64,000 nucleotides of DNA from Eledone cirrhosa (GCA_964016885.1 OZ024742.1:83700001-83764000); one strand, 5' to 3'. Positions 12,241 through 26,716 are shown, counted from the first letter of the stretch. The notes: generated by a model from the letters alone, not told the origin. Translations and numbers: made by a program.

Positions 12241-14732
12241 TAAGAAAACACCAGGAAGAGACATGATTGTCGGCTACTGGTACAAAAAACTGATATTCTA
12301 TCGGAGGTATCTTACTGACCTCTACCAATAAGTTATTAAGGGAGATACACTTATAACAGAATGGTTGACATTAGCACAAACATTACTGGTTCCCAAGAAC
12401 AAAAACACCCACCTGCCAAAACGATACCGACCCATTGCATGCCAGAACCTGATGTATAAGATGTATACAGCCTGCCTGAACCTATTTCTCCAAGATCACT
12501 GTGAAAATAATAACGTCATTAGAGATGAACAACAGCTGGAATGAAAGGGGTTTGGGGATGTGCTGAACAACTCCTAATCAACAAAACTGCGATGTCGGAG
12601 GTGCGACAACTTAGGAGGAATATTGCTACACTCTGGCTGGACTACAGGAAAGCTTTCGATTCTGTTCCCCACTCTTGGATGATAGAGGCCCTCCGACTTG
12701 CTAAAGTCCCAGACATTATTATCAGAGCCATAGAGAAGCTGTCTTCTTCTTGGGCTACTATCATTAAGTTAAAGGCAGACAAGGAGGACTCTATTTTCAC
12801 TGATAAGATAAAATATCGCAGGGGTATCTTTCAGGGTGACAGTCTCTATGTGATATTATTCATCGTGTCATTAAACCCCTTGTCCTTTTTGCTCAAGAAA
12901 TCTGATGGTTACATCATTGGCTCACAGGAACACAGAAATATGAACCTAACCCATAATTTCTTTGTGGATGATCTGAAACTCTATGCCAAAAACATGGATG
13001 GGATGAAAAAAATCTTGACCTGGTTACAACGTTCTCAAAGGATATAGGAATGGAGTTTGGCCAAGATAAAAGCTCATACATGACTGTAAAGCGGGGAAAA
13101 ACAACAACCCAATCTAGCAACATTGTCATCAATGGCCTAACTGTTTCACAGATATCTGATGAGAACTGCTACAGATACCTGGGGATAGATGAGAACATAT
13201 CCTATAATGGTATCTGTAATAAAGAATGCGTAACCAGGGAATACTACACCCGATTAAGAAAGATCTGGTCATCGGAACTCTCTGCACAAAACAAACCAGT
13301 GGCTCACAGTGTGTTTGCGGTCTTAACACCAGCTTTTGGACTACTCAATTGAACGATAGACGTAATCCGAGCGATTGATGTTAGGACTCGAAAAATACTA
13401 AACAACACCGGAAACTTCCACATCAGCAGTGACATAGACCGCCTTTACTTGAAACGTAAGCAGGGAGGCAGAGGCCTAACATCAGTCCAGACAGCATTTG
13501 AATGTCGCATCATATCCCTCCGACATCTACGAACCTCAAATCGTAGGAGCCCGTCTCTCGAGCATGTCTATCTGCATGAAACAGATGAGATCATGAGAGT
13601 TGGGAGGAACTCCTCGAGAGATATTCCCTGCGTGATAATCAAAAACTTACACCCAGGGAAGTCGCTCAGCAGTATCGCAGAGAATCCATGGATGAAAAAC
13701 CGCATGCTTATCAGCAAAAATTCATGCATGGATATGTTGCCAAGAAGCTCCAGAGTGAGAGTAATGTAGATAAAGAAAGTAGTCATCTTGGACCAACAGC
13801 CGCTATATTGGCTCCCACTTTGAAGGATACGCTTTTGCAATCCAAGAACAAGAGATTAACACGAAATACCTGATACACAAAAGAGATAGGGATGCAGGCA
13901 AAACACCTAGATGTGATAACAAGTGCAGACTCTGCAGAATTAACATCGAAGATGTCACTCATGTCATAAGCAGCTATCCAAAGATGTCATCGCGGTACCA
14001 TCTACCTATGAGACACGATGTAGTTGCCAAAACACAGTACAATGCAATCCGTAGGAAAGATAGCCCCGATAATAAACACATTAAAAGCTACAGCAATGTG
14101 GAAGACATACATATACATAATATGAAAGAGTACTGGTGGAATGTTCCAGTAAAAACCCCAATAAAATGCAGGCATAACAGACCAGATATTATGATATGGG
14201 ACAGGGAAAAGAAGGCATACACAGTAGTGGAAGTTAGCTGTCCAGCAGATGCCAATGTAATATCAAAGATTAGCGAAAAGGAGAATATTTATGCAGAACT
14301 GATGCAGATACGCCACCCTGATTATGCCTTCAGATTTATGCCTGTGATTATTGGGGCACTGGGATATGTTAGTAACTGCCTCAATACAAATCTTGAGAAG
14401 CTGGGCTTCACAGAAACAGAAAGAACACAACTAGTTAGGAGATTACAAGTACAATCCATTAATGGAACAGTAAAAATATGTAAAACTTTCCAAAAATAAT
14501 AACTGCATAAACATATGTACAGATACTAAGCATAAACACATGCACACATACAACTCAAAACATTTTCATCCACACATACAATAACATCCATATCTACACA
14601 TGCATGCATGCAGACATCCATACATATCTACCTAGTTGATGTTGTGTAAATTCCAATGAGAGAGTGTTGTGTCTATGTTAGAAACCGACTCTCTCTCTAT
14701 TGGTAAGAATTTGTGAAATTATAAAACCAGAA
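12241..14732 (+). mobile_element. R4/Dong-like element, copy 2 (5'-truncated)
   Basis: Starts at KTPGRD; RT FFVDDLK; RLE HNRPDIMIWD; 3' UTR followed by (TACA)n. Confidence 0.9.
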
Positions 14733-14799
14733 CATACATACATACATACATACATACATACATACATACATACATACATACATACATACATACATACAT

Positions 14800-15406
14800 G
14801 GTGGCTGCCAACTCGTTTTCGAGTACGGCCACTACTTTATATCCATGTAGGAGAACCCCTACCGATGCGCTGAACCAGTGTGACTTTCTAGTCTAGCCAG
14901 CGACTTGAAAACTCTGGTACGAACACTACACCTGTGACAATTATTTACACATAGTGCTGGGCCCATGGTACCATGTGATGACAAGTGCAGAGAGATCTCC
15001 AGATATAAAGCATTCCTGTGCCGTGAAGCTTTTATAGTGAGCAAAGGCACTGCACAAAGCCAGTCCCACTCTCTTAACCAAGATGATATTTACCAAAAAG
15101 AAGAACAAGTCAACATCATTGGATACCATCAGGGTTGCAGGTGTTATATCAGAGTTTTCCTTCTTCTAGAATTCTGCCTTGACAAAGGTTAAGGGGTCAT
15201 CTCTCCCGGTGATTTTGGATGGCCATTGACTCTTAAGAGCTCCTTTGCCGTTTGACAGATTTTGTTTTTAGTCCTGCAGGATGTCCAAAGTCACCCTCCT
15301 CACCAAGAAACCTTGGTGGGGTTGCCAGTTTAGTCGCCAACGACCCGACCATGAGACAGGTTGTACCGGGGTACATGTTACCAGTAGCACCAACTGGTGA
15401 CCTGAC
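14800..15406 (-). mobile_element. ~600 bp non-autonomous retroelement, full copy
   Basis: (TACA)n on both sides; minus strand has 'ggcagaattctagaagaaggaaaactctga', resembling a recalled RTE 5' UTR motif; terminal stem-loop at 14800-14833. Confidence 0.75.
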
Positions 15407-15498
15407 ATACATACATACATACATACATACATACATACATACATACATACATACATACATACATACATACATACATACATACATACATACATACTAGA

Positions 15499-18400
15499 CA
15501 GTCAACGCGATCAGTCGCATATTTTGGCGTGGAAGACTATTTATTAAATTTAAGATGAATACTATCTCCGACAGTAATGCCACAACTACAGTTAGGTTGA
15601 ATAACTGGTTATTCTTCTAACTATCCCTTCTGAAGACACCTTTTATTCGAATTCGTAGAGGTATCCGACTAAATAGATAATTCATTTTACAAGGATTTGC
15701 TACAAACAGCATGGCTGAACACAACATCAACAACAAAATTAAGGGAGTACCGAAGACAAATAACAAGGAAGGTAATCAAACTTTATTCAGTTGTAGCTAC
15801 AGAAGAAACCTAAATTATAAATCGCATTTCTCTTGGAGTTGCGAACTTAATAATTATTTATTTAATTGTTATAAAATGGCAAAAAACAATCCCTCCATTG
15901 GCTATATGAATAGAATGAAGCTACACTGGGACGAAATGCACCCAGAGCTAAATTATTTCACAGCGAAACAATTACGCCAACAAGCGACGTTTGTTGAACG
16001 TAAAAATAAGATAAATATTATTAATTGTAAGTCCCCAACATGTTATCAACATGTTATCAACATGTTATCAACAACACGTGCTACAGGTCGCCATGCTACT
16101 AGACTTCCTAGCAGCCAGATTGAACAGCGCCTTGAAACAACTATGCTTGTAAGAAACTTGACACCACCTGTACCATCTAAGTCTACCTCGAATGTTGGGG
16201 AAAATACTATCGATAATAATAATAATCGAAGAAATGTGACACCACGTGTACCATCCGAGTCTACCTCGACTGTTGTGGAAAATACTATCGATAATGATAA
16301 TAATCAAAAGTATAAACAATTGAAAATTTCCCTCAACGAAACCTTCCAGAGAGAAATTAATTCATGTATAAACATTTCTCTCTTGCTGAACGTATTAAAA
16401 CGACAATGTTTAATAAAAAAAATAAAATAAAATAAAATAATGAAATATTACGTGTTATTGCCGAAATGGGGGGTGAATATTTACGACGGATAAAAACCCC
16501 AACATTTTGGAAAATCAACGCCTGTTTATATGCAATAGCAACGACAGTGAAGCATTATCTTGGTGATAGCAGAGATATTAACAAGAACAAAACACCACCA
16601 AAAATACCATCATATATAACTAAAATAGAAAAAAAGATTGCTGACCTACGAAAAACCATAGGATATTTGACAATGCTCCTTACATGCAAACAAACACAAA
16701 AAAAAACCACTCCTCACCAACAAAGAGTGAAAAATAAAATAGAGACGATGTTTGGTAACAGTAGAACCAGAACTCTCCAACATAAGCTGATTACCCTTAA
16801 ACAAGAATTGAGAGCTGTTAGCGAAAAACACCGATACCTGAAGAAGGTAGATGAGAGAAAAGTGCTTAATAAAAGATTCAGACGAGACCAAACATCAGTC
16901 TATAGAGATATGAAGGGCAAAATAATAAGTGTCACTGAGGCCCCATCCCAGAAAGTTATAGATTCCTTTTGGAGAAACATATGGGGTGAAAAGAAGAATT
17001 TCAACCAAGATGCAGTGTGGCTATGAGAAATCCTAAAGAACTATTGCTTCTACACTACAACAAAAACATACGAAATAAGTGAGGGTACCCTTGAGACTGT
17101 GATAGGAAAACTCCAAGATGAGGAAACACCAGGAAGAGACATGATTGTCGGCTACTTGTACAAAAAACTGATATTCTATCGGAGGTATCTTACTGACCTC
17201 TACCAACAAGTTCCTAAGGGAGATACACTTATACCAGAATGGTTGACATTATCACAAACATTACTGGTCCCCAAGAACAAAGACACCCACTTGGCAAAAA
17301 GCTACCGACCCATTGCATGCCAGAACCTGATGTATAAGATATATACAGCCTCCCTGAACCTATTCCTCCAAGATAAGTGTGAAAATAACAACATCATCAC
17401 AGATGAACAAGCAGCTGGAAAGAAAGGGGTTTGGGGATGTGCTGAACAACTCCTAATCAACAAAACTGCGATGTCGGAGGTGCGACAACTTAGGAGGAAT
17501 ATGACTACAGTCTGGCTGGACTACAGGAAAGCTTTCGATTCTATTCCCCACTCATGGATGATAGAGACCCTCCAACTTGCTAAAGTCCCAGCCATTATTG
17601 TCAGAGCCATAGAGAGGCTGTCTTCTTCTTGGGCTACTATCCTAAAGTTAAAGATAGAGAGGGAGGACTCTATTTTCCCTGATAAAATAAAATATTGCAG
17701 TGGTATATTTCAGGGGGACAGTCTCTCTGTGATATTATTCATATTGTCATTAAACCCCTTGTCCTTTCTGCTAAAGAAATGTGAGGGATACATCATTGGC
17801 TCACAGGAGGACAGAAATACGAACCTAACCCATAATTTCTTTGTGGACGATCTGAAACTCTATGCCAAGAACATGGATGGGATGAAGAAAAGGCTTGACC
17901 TGGTTACAACGTTCTCAAAGGTTATAGGAATGGAGTTTGGCCAAGATAAATGCTCATACATGACTGTAAAGCGGGGAAAAACAACAACCCAATCTAGCAA
18001 CATTGTCATCAATGGCCTAACTATTTCACTGATATCTGATGAGAACTGCTACAGATACCTGCAGATAGATGAGAACATATCCTATAATGGTATCTATAAT
18101 AAAGAACGCGTAACCAGGGAATACTACACCCGATTAAGAAAGATATGGTCATCGGAACTCTCTGCGCAAAACAAAACAGTGGCTCACAATGTGTTTGCTG
18201 TGCCTGTTCTAACACCAACGTTTGGAATACTCAATTGGACGATAGACGAAATCCGAGCGATTGATGTTCGAACTCGGAAAATCCTGAACAACACCGGAAA
18301 CTTCCACATAAACAGTGATATAGACGCCTTTACTTGAAACGTAAGCAGGGAGGCAGAGGCCTAACATCAGTCCAGACAACATTTGAATGTCGCATCAAAT

Positions 18401-19625
18401 CTCTCCGACAACATCAACGAACCTCGACGCGTAGGAGCCCGTTTCTCGAGCAAGTCTATCTGCATGAAACAGATAAGATCATGAGAGTTGGCAAGGAACT
18501 CCTTGAGAGATATTCCCTGCGTAATAATCAAAATCTCACACCCAGGGATGTCGCTCAGCATTATCGCAGTGAATCCATGGATGAAAAACTGCATGCCTAT
18601 CAGCAAAAAATCATGTATGGATATGTTGCCAGGAAGCTCCAGAGTGAGAGTAATATAGATAAGGAAAGTAGTTTATCTTGGACCAACAACCGCTATATTG
18701 GCTCCCACTTTGAAGGATACGCTTTTGCAATCCAGAAACAGATTAGCACGAAATACCTGATTCACAAAAGAGATAGGGATGCAGGCAAAACACCTAGATG
18801 TGATAACAAGTGCAGACTCTGCAGAATTAACATCGAAGATGTCACTCATGTCATAAGCAGCTATCCAAAGATGTCATCGCGGTACCATCTACCTATGAGA
18901 CACGATGTAGTGGCCAAAACACTGTACAATGCAGTTCGTAAAAAAGATAGCCCCGATAATAAACACATTAAAAGCTACAACAATGTGGAAGACATCCATG
19001 TACATAATATGAAAGAGTACTGGTGGAATGTTCTAGTAAAAACCCCAATAAAATGCAGGCATAACTGACCAGATATTATGATATGGGACAGGGAGAAGAA
19101 AACATGCACAGTAGTGGAAATTAGCGGTCCAGCAGATGCCAATATAATATCAAAGATTAGTGGAAAGGAGAATATTTATGCAGAACTGATGAGAAATCTG
19201 CAGATACTCCACCCTGATTACACCTTCAGATATATGCCTGTGATCATTGGGGCACTGGGATATATTAGTAACTGCCCCAATACAAATCTTGAGAAGCTAG
19301 GCTTCACAGGAACAGAAAGAACACAACTAGTTAGGAAATTACAAGTACAATCCATTAATGGAACAGTAAAAATATGTAAAACATTCCAAAAGGTTTGCAT
19401 CTAATAACTGCATATACACATGTACAGATACAAAGCATATACATATGCACATACAAAACATACACATCCACACATACAATAACATCCATATCTACACATG
19501 CATGCATACATACAGATCTACCTAGTTGATGTTGTGTAAATTCCAATGAGAGAGTCCTGTGTCTATGTTAGAAACCGACTCTCTCTCTATTGGTAAAACT
19601 TTGTGAAATTATAAAACCAGAAGAA
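15499..19625 (+). mobile_element. R4/Dong-like element, copy 3 (most complete; a few stops and frameshifts)
   Basis: ORFs 15711-16430, 16466-17026, 17099-18337 (RT: YRPIAC, GIFQGDSLS, FFVDDLK), 18334-19068, 19078-19404 (RLE). Confidence 0.92.
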
Positions 19626-19640
19626 CATACATACATACAT

Positions 19641-20247
19641 GGTGGCTGCCAACTCGTTTTCGAGTACGGCCACTACTTTATATCCATGTAGGAGAACCCC
19701 TACCAATGCGCTGAACGAATGTGACTTTTTAGTCCAGCCAGCGACTTGAAAACTCTGGTACAAACACTACACTTGTGACAATTATTGACACATAGTGCTG
19801 GGCCCATGGTACCATGTGACGACAAGTGCAGAGAGATCTCCAGATATAAAGCAATGCCTGTGCTGTGAAGCTTTTATAGTGAGTAAAGGCACTGCACAAA
19901 GCCAGTCCCACTCTCTTAACCAAGATGATATTTACCAAAAAGAAGAACAATTCAACATCATTGGATACCATCAGGGTTGCAGGTGTTATATCAGAGTTTT
20001 CCTTCTCCTAGAATTCTGCCTTGACAAAGGCTAAGGGGTCATCTCTCCCTGTGATTTTGGATGGCTATTGACTCTTAAGAGCCCCTTTGCCTTTTGACAG
20101 GTTTTGTTTTTAGTCCTGCAGGATGTCCAAAGCCACCCTCCTCACCAAGAAACCTTGGTGGGGTTGCCAGTTTAGTCGCCAACGACCCGACCATGAGACA
20201 GGTTGTACTGGGATACATGTTACCAGTAGCACCAACTGGTGACCTGA
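19641..20247 (-). mobile_element. ~600 bp non-autonomous retroelement, full copy
   Basis: Colinear with 14800-15406. Confidence 0.75.
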
Positions 20248-20939
20248 CACCAACATACATACATACGTACATACATACATACATACGTACATACGTACGT
20301 ACGTACGTTTATACATACAAAAATAACGCTACACAAATTTATTAATACAATGGATTTCTCCAGTGATGTTCGCTGGAAATGTTACTGACACAAATTTGAA
20401 TAATATTATATTAGGTATTATTGGGTGCTGAGGGAAATTATAGTAGAAACTGTATGTAAATTCTAAGTATAATAACAGAACCTTAGAAAATCGCACCTTT
20501 AATAATTAATAAGATGTTTAGGAAAACTAAACTCGTTCGTCAAATGGAATGTTTACATATAAAGTATTCAGAGAATGTTACTCTCATTGACTGCATTAGT
20601 GTTTGCTTAATAATGATTTCTGATCTAGACACAATTTCAACGATTTGGGAGTAGGGGAAAGTCGATTAAATCGACCCCGATTAAATCTATACCGCAAAGC
20701 AAGTTGTCCGACGCCCAACCGATACTGTCAATCCACCGGTTGTTTAAGAATGGATGGTTAGATACTCCCGTAACTCCTGGGGAAGTCGTAGGGCACCGTA
20801 TTGACATACCGCATTTCTAGGGCATTTTAAAACCTGGTAGAGCCCATCCCTCTCCAGGTCTGAATATAGAAGATTTCTTCCAGAGAAGGATAGAGAGTGA
20901 GAGGATGGAAGCAAGAAAGAAATATAAAGGAATAATCGG

Positions 20940-21090
20940 CCTCAGTACTAGACTGGTACTTGTTTTTATCAGCCTGGAATGAAAGGCAAAGTTGACCTCA
21001 GCGGGATTTGAACTCAGACAGCAGAGAGCCGAAATGATTACCGCAAACCATTTGATCCAATGTTCTAACGACTCTGCCAATTCGCCCCCT
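20940..21090 (-). mobile_element. tRNA-derived SINE
   Basis: Minus: ggcgaattggcagagtcgttaga (A-box-like), gagttcaaatccc (B-box), tttgcctttcattcc core. Confidence 0.8.
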
Positions 21091-21617
21091 ATTTGTTTAA
21101 TAATAGAAAGTGTATTAAAATAACAGACATACATCATTATTAATAAACACTGAAAGGAAGGATATAAAACAATATAAATGTCCAATGTCTTTAGTTAATG
21201 AGGATTAATACATTAGTTCAATAGTACTATTATAACTATTATTCGAGAAAGAGATAATTTACGAAAGCGAAAAATCGATTAAATTGAATAATAGTTGTCT
21301 TTTTACCTAAGCTATTCAAAATGATCAATATGAATAATATTAAGAAGGCTGAAATTTGAATTATTCAAGAAAATAAAAAGACACAACATATGTAGATGGG
21401 TGAAAATGTGTGCATTAAATAAAATGTAAAAGAGACTGAAATTTTTGGAAGTAGGGCTATTTAATCTGACAATAATTAACTATATGCGTACATGGTCCCG
21501 TAACTCCGGCATTTCTAGGGTATTCTTTTAAAACCAGTTCTGAATACAGCAGATGCCTTCTAGAGAAGGTTAGAGAGGGGGAGAGAGGAACTGAGAAAGA
21601 GATGGAGAGGAAGAATT

Positions 21618-21730
21618 GACCCCAGCAATAGACTGGTACTTTTATTATCGACCTTGAATGGATGAAAGGCAAAGTTGACCTAGGCGGGATTTGAACTCAG
21701 AGAGCTGGAAAGAATCCCGCAAAGCATTCT
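21618..21730 (-). mobile_element. tRNA-derived SINE fragment
   Basis: B-box gagttcaaatccc plus core. Confidence 0.75.
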
Positions 21731-21821
21731 ATCTGACAATTCGTCGCCTATAAAATTATATATGGGATCGTTAATAGCAACAGAAAAACATATGACGTAG
21801 AAATGACAATCATGACTATAA

Positions 21822-21940
21822 TAATTGTTTCTACTTTTGGCACAAGGCCAGCAATTACTCAGTGCATTACTGGTACTTTATTTTATCGACCCCGTACGGA
21901 TGAAAGGCAAAGTTAACCTCGGCGGAATTTGAACTCAGAA
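21822..21940 (-). mobile_element. tRNA-derived SINE fragment
   Basis: B-box plus core plus ggccttgtgcc tail. Confidence 0.8.
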
Positions 21941-22181
21941 TGGCAAGGGCGGTGACAATAATAATGGTTTCTAGTATAGGCACAAGGTCAGTAATTTGGG
22001 GACAATAAGTATCAAAATATAGCTTATGTTGTGTCAAATCGTTATCCATATTTAATTTCATTAACAATATTTCCCACATAGCTTGTATTGTGATTTTTAT
22101 GAGTAGAAACGATGAGTAGAGACGATAGGTTAGTGGTCAGTTTAAACATGTTACTGTGTTTACTTATGTTCTTTTATATTC

Positions 22182-22383
22182 TACGAGAGTCTGCTGAAAT
22201 GTTTATAGGCTGACTATGAAGAAGTGATGCTAGAGCTGTGAAATTTTTCATTCATTAATTTCAACTCTCTTTATTAATAAATGCATTGTTTCCTTCCAGG
22301 GACTACGTTAAAAAATAAATTTCAATTGGTCATTCCATAGGAGTACCTTGGTCAGCCTATGAAATTTTCAGCCGAAACTCGTA
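22182..22383. mobile_element. Tc1/mariner-type MITE
   Basis: Imperfect TIRs ta-cgagagtctgctgaaatgtttataggctgac ... gtcagcctatgaaattttcagccgaaactcg-ta; TA flanks. Confidence 0.75.
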
Positions 22384-23039
22384 ATTTCAGCTTTGAATTC
22401 AAATCTCATCCTTCCGAGTTCTATAATAGACCAGTACAGGTAAGTGCATTTATCGAATATACTACTTCCATCTAGTTGTAAATCGTGCATAGTATGGTAC
22501 CCAGGTAAACCAGCGTTCACAATTCATTTTCTTTTTCTGGTTAAACAAAAACATCAAAACGTTTCTGGCGTCATCTTCTCCATTTAACCAGCCACTGCGA
22601 CCCACTGCAACCCACTGCGACCCACTGCTTTGTTGTAAGAAATAAATATTTAGAACTACTGGTTTTCCAGTTGAACAGTTGCTCATTATCAGCGAAATAA
22701 GTCATCTATCATTGTGTTGATCTATAGCTTGAATGACTTGCCATGTTTATGTTTATTTAAAACAGAAGTCAAATATTAATTACTTTGGTTATTGAGGCGG
22801 GGGGTTGCAGTCCTCATACTTTATTGCAGTATAGAGAATCGATATGAACCACTCAGTCTTGAATCTCTAAGGTTTATTAACTCAAAGCGTAAGTCCCTGA
22901 CATATATTTGTGTGGTAAATAAATATTTACTAAAACACCAGGTCCGAACACAATGGAACCAAACTCCCACTGTCACTGCCTCCGTCCCTCCCACTCTTCT
23001 CATTTCTCACTATTATATGCAAATGGAGGCCCACGTGCT

Positions 23040-23300
23040 GGCCGCCCTGCGACCCCGGCGGACAGAATAGAGAAGGCGTTTTCCAGGAGGATGGTGAGGG
23101 AGACGTACTGGAAGAGTCATTCCAGCTTGCGATGCTCATGCCTGCAGGTAGCCACTCTGTGCCGATGGTGGTGAGTAGGGAGGTAGTCCTAGGACCAAGA
23201 ACACCAGAAGTCTCTATTACTTTGGCTTGGATCAAGAACTCTGGATTTTCCCAAGAACACTAGAACTGTATCAATTTTCTTTGATATTGGAGGACGCCGT
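23040..23300 (-). pseudogene. 3' fragment of a CRE-like RLE retrotransposon
   Basis: IETSGVLGP..., then after a frameshift LFQYVSLTILLENAFSILS, resembling the CRE-clade C-terminus (ET.G..G / RGNA); homologous to 48745-48910. Confidence 0.55.
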
Positions 23301-24512
23301 AAGCTAAGAGCCAAATTCACGGATATCTGACATTTTCAATTATCACTTAAAATAGCACATTTCCACTAAAGCTACAAACGCCTTTTGAAGATAAAATGAA
23401 CATCACAATGGCATATACCTTTTTCATTAATTCAGTAATATTGTACTGCGTAGAAGGAACTCTGAGTTTGCTGAAAATGCGGAATACTAAAAATTAAATG
23501 CCTCCATCTACGTGTTTTGTCTAAAACATATGTCTATATCCTATCTAATTCTACTGAATTGCAATAATATAATACGAGCTACGATATCAGAAACAAACTG
23601 GAGTCAATTCAATCGATTTTGTCATCTTCTGTTTTAACATTATATAATGCAATCATACTTTCTCTTAAAAAAAGAGATTGTCACATTTGGAATGAATGTG
23701 TTTGATCGTATCTCTGCTCAATAAGATTTGGCGTTGAGTTAAACAGTAACGATACTGCCTTATGCCTAATCAACAGAAATCGTTATATGCAAATTCATAT
23801 TTGAAAATGAGATTATTCAAGCAATTCAGCTCGATCTCTCGATGACAAAGAGAAACAAATATTACAAATAATCACGAACATTAACTACTGCTGCTTTAGT
23901 CCAACTTGATGTAAATAGATATCAGAAATAGATTCCATTTATCGATGTGTAAACCGTAATTTTGTTAGATTGTAATATTCAGTTAAAATTGCCCTATAGA
24001 TATAGACAACGTAATGAGATGCCACGTTCGTCCAAACCACGTTAAACCTATTACGTACAGATATGCAATCCCATCTTACAAGAAATTGCACTACTATAAT
24101 TTATTCGCAATTGTATTGGTTGTAAAGGGTATTTTTGTGAAGATTCATTTACCCAAAATAGGGGTAACTTCGAAATCTATTTGACTGATATAATTTGTTC
24201 TGAACGAATATAAAAGAATATTCTTGTTTAGTCTGATTGATCTGAGAAAATAAGAGAGACACTTTAATTTCATAGATGGAATTTTATACTAAATATATTC
24301 GCAAAATATCCTACTACCTGAAAATCAGTCGATATATTAAGCTTTACCAATTGTCACTCTCTATTTCAATAAGTTAATAATAATCTCATTTATATTGCCT
24401 TTACTCATATCACACTTATATTCAAAACATTTCTTAGCTTCTTTCTCGTTCATTTTCGTCACAAATTTACTCACTTTTACCATATCTCTCTCTCTCCCCT
24501 TCTATCGATGTT

Positions 24513-24553
<41 letters not shown>

Positions 24554-24652
24554 TGAATTTTTCATGTCTCAATACACTCTTCCCCCACTAAATAATATAT
24601 ATTCTAGCAAACTCAGTTTATAAATATATGAATTATGTACATTATGCTTACA

Positions 24653-24761
<109 letters not shown>

Positions 24762-25303
24762 ATATAAGCATGATGTACATCTGTGTGTGTGTGTGTGTGT
24801 GTGTGTGCATGTGCGTGCGTGTGTGTGTGTGCGTGTGTATGTCTGTGTATACTCATATGTATTTGAATATATATATATTTATGCATATGAATGGATGTGT
24901 GTATGTATGTATATATGTATGTGTATATATATATATATGTATTTGTGTATGTATGTATATATGTATGTATGTATGTATGTATGCATGCATGTATGTATGT
25001 ATGTATGTATGTATGTATGTATGTATGTATGTATGTATGTGTTGGTGCGTGTATATGAGCGTATATTGTTATGCCACCGCCATATACTGGCAGTGATTTA
25101 GCTTTCCTTCTTCAAATCTCAATATCCTTACCTACCAACTTCACTGACATATTGACACTGATTACGTGTTGCCTTGGAATTTCTTTCTTTAACACTTCAA
25201 CGCATCGATGACAAAAACTGTTTTCCATTAACTTCGATATAAATGGAGCTAATCACGTTATATAATGGCAACTTTCCATATTTTTCAAAATCTTTCTGTT
25301 GCA

Positions 25304-25475
<172 letters not shown>

Positions 25476-25510
25476 TGTGTGTGTGTGTTTGTGTACATAT
25501 ATATACACAT

Positions 25511-25589
<79 letters not shown>

Positions 25590-25590
25590 A

Positions 25591-26286
25591 GAAAAGAATG
25601 AAACGAAATATCATTTTTCATTCTTAGTACGGCTGATACTTAAATATAAGTATAAGTATGTACAGTAGTATGTATATATATACATACATGCACACATATA
25701 TATATGTACGTATGGGTTTACCGAACATTATTATAATGTTCAGCTTGTTTGTAAACAAACAGCCCGAATTACGCCGTACAGTGTTCGGCAACCATCGTTG
25801 CCATTTTGTTCAGCATTGACAAAGGAACGATGAACTAGTTTCAAGCTTATTAGCTATCGTCAGCATCGTATACCTTCCTCCAGATGATTGAACGTTTGAA
25901 AGTATATACTTTCCTTATGCATATTAACGGCTGAGCAGCCTAATTTGCATATCGAATGAGTTAGTCGGCCGGGCGTACCGAAAACGATAAATGGAAAAGA
26001 ATGAAACGAAATTTCATTTCTCACTCTTGGTACGGCTGATACTTAAATATAAGTATAAATATGTATACGTACATACATATATGTATACAGACGTACAGTA
26101 GTATGTATATATATACATACATGCACACATATATATATGTACGTATGGGTTTACCGAACATTTATTATAATGTTCGGTTTGTTTGTAAACCAACAGCCCG
26201 AATTACGTCGTACAGTGTTCGGCAACCATCGTTGACATTTTGTTCAGCATTGACAAAGGAACGATGAACTAGTTTCAAGCTTATTA
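25591..26286. repeat. Partial direct duplication (25591-25851 / 25994-26286), probable tandem PLE pLTR
   Basis: Both copies run gaaaagaatgaaacgaaa...gaactagtttcaagcttatta. Confidence 0.85.
25828..25868 (-). ncRNA. Minimal type I hammerhead ribozyme
   Basis: Minus: cgatg CTGACGA t agct aata agct t GAAAC ta GTT catcg. Confidence 0.75.
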
Positions 26287-26639
26287 CCTTCTAACAGGAA
26301 GGTATACGATGCGGTCAATCCCGTGCTGTTAAAAATAGCAGCCGTTCAAACGACCAAATGTTTCTCTACCGTTGGGGAGAATAATATTAAAGGTATGTGT
26401 TGCTACATGTAATTAATACACACAGGGACACAGGTACAGTCCAACCGTATTCCAGTGTGGTTCAATGGCAAGTTAATAAATTAACAAGCTAGAACATATA
26501 AAATCAAGGGAGTGTAAACACAGAAAATATCTTTAAAAGATTGTTTCATCATTCATTTCTTCTCATTCTGAGGCAGTTTTGTATGGCGCCAGTTTGTAAT
26601 TTAAACTCGGGAATTTTATATTCTCCGAGAGAGAAAAGT

Positions 26640-26716
26640 CATCTGACGATGATCTCTTTCTCAACGTAAATCCGCTTGGATTATCTATTTATTTGGGATC
26701 TAAAACCGCGGTAAGG
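26640..26716 (+). ncRNA. Degenerate hammerhead with enlarged loop II
   Basis: CTGACGA t gatctc...gggatc t AAAAC cgcg GTA; GAAA changed to AAAA and stem I mismatched. Confidence 0.4.

Noticed and set aside
14941-15192. Recurrent small ORFs MVSNDVDLFFF... / ...SQSHSLNQDDIYQKEE
   Set aside because: Recurrence reflects repeat copies; frames differ among copies and no domain is recognisable
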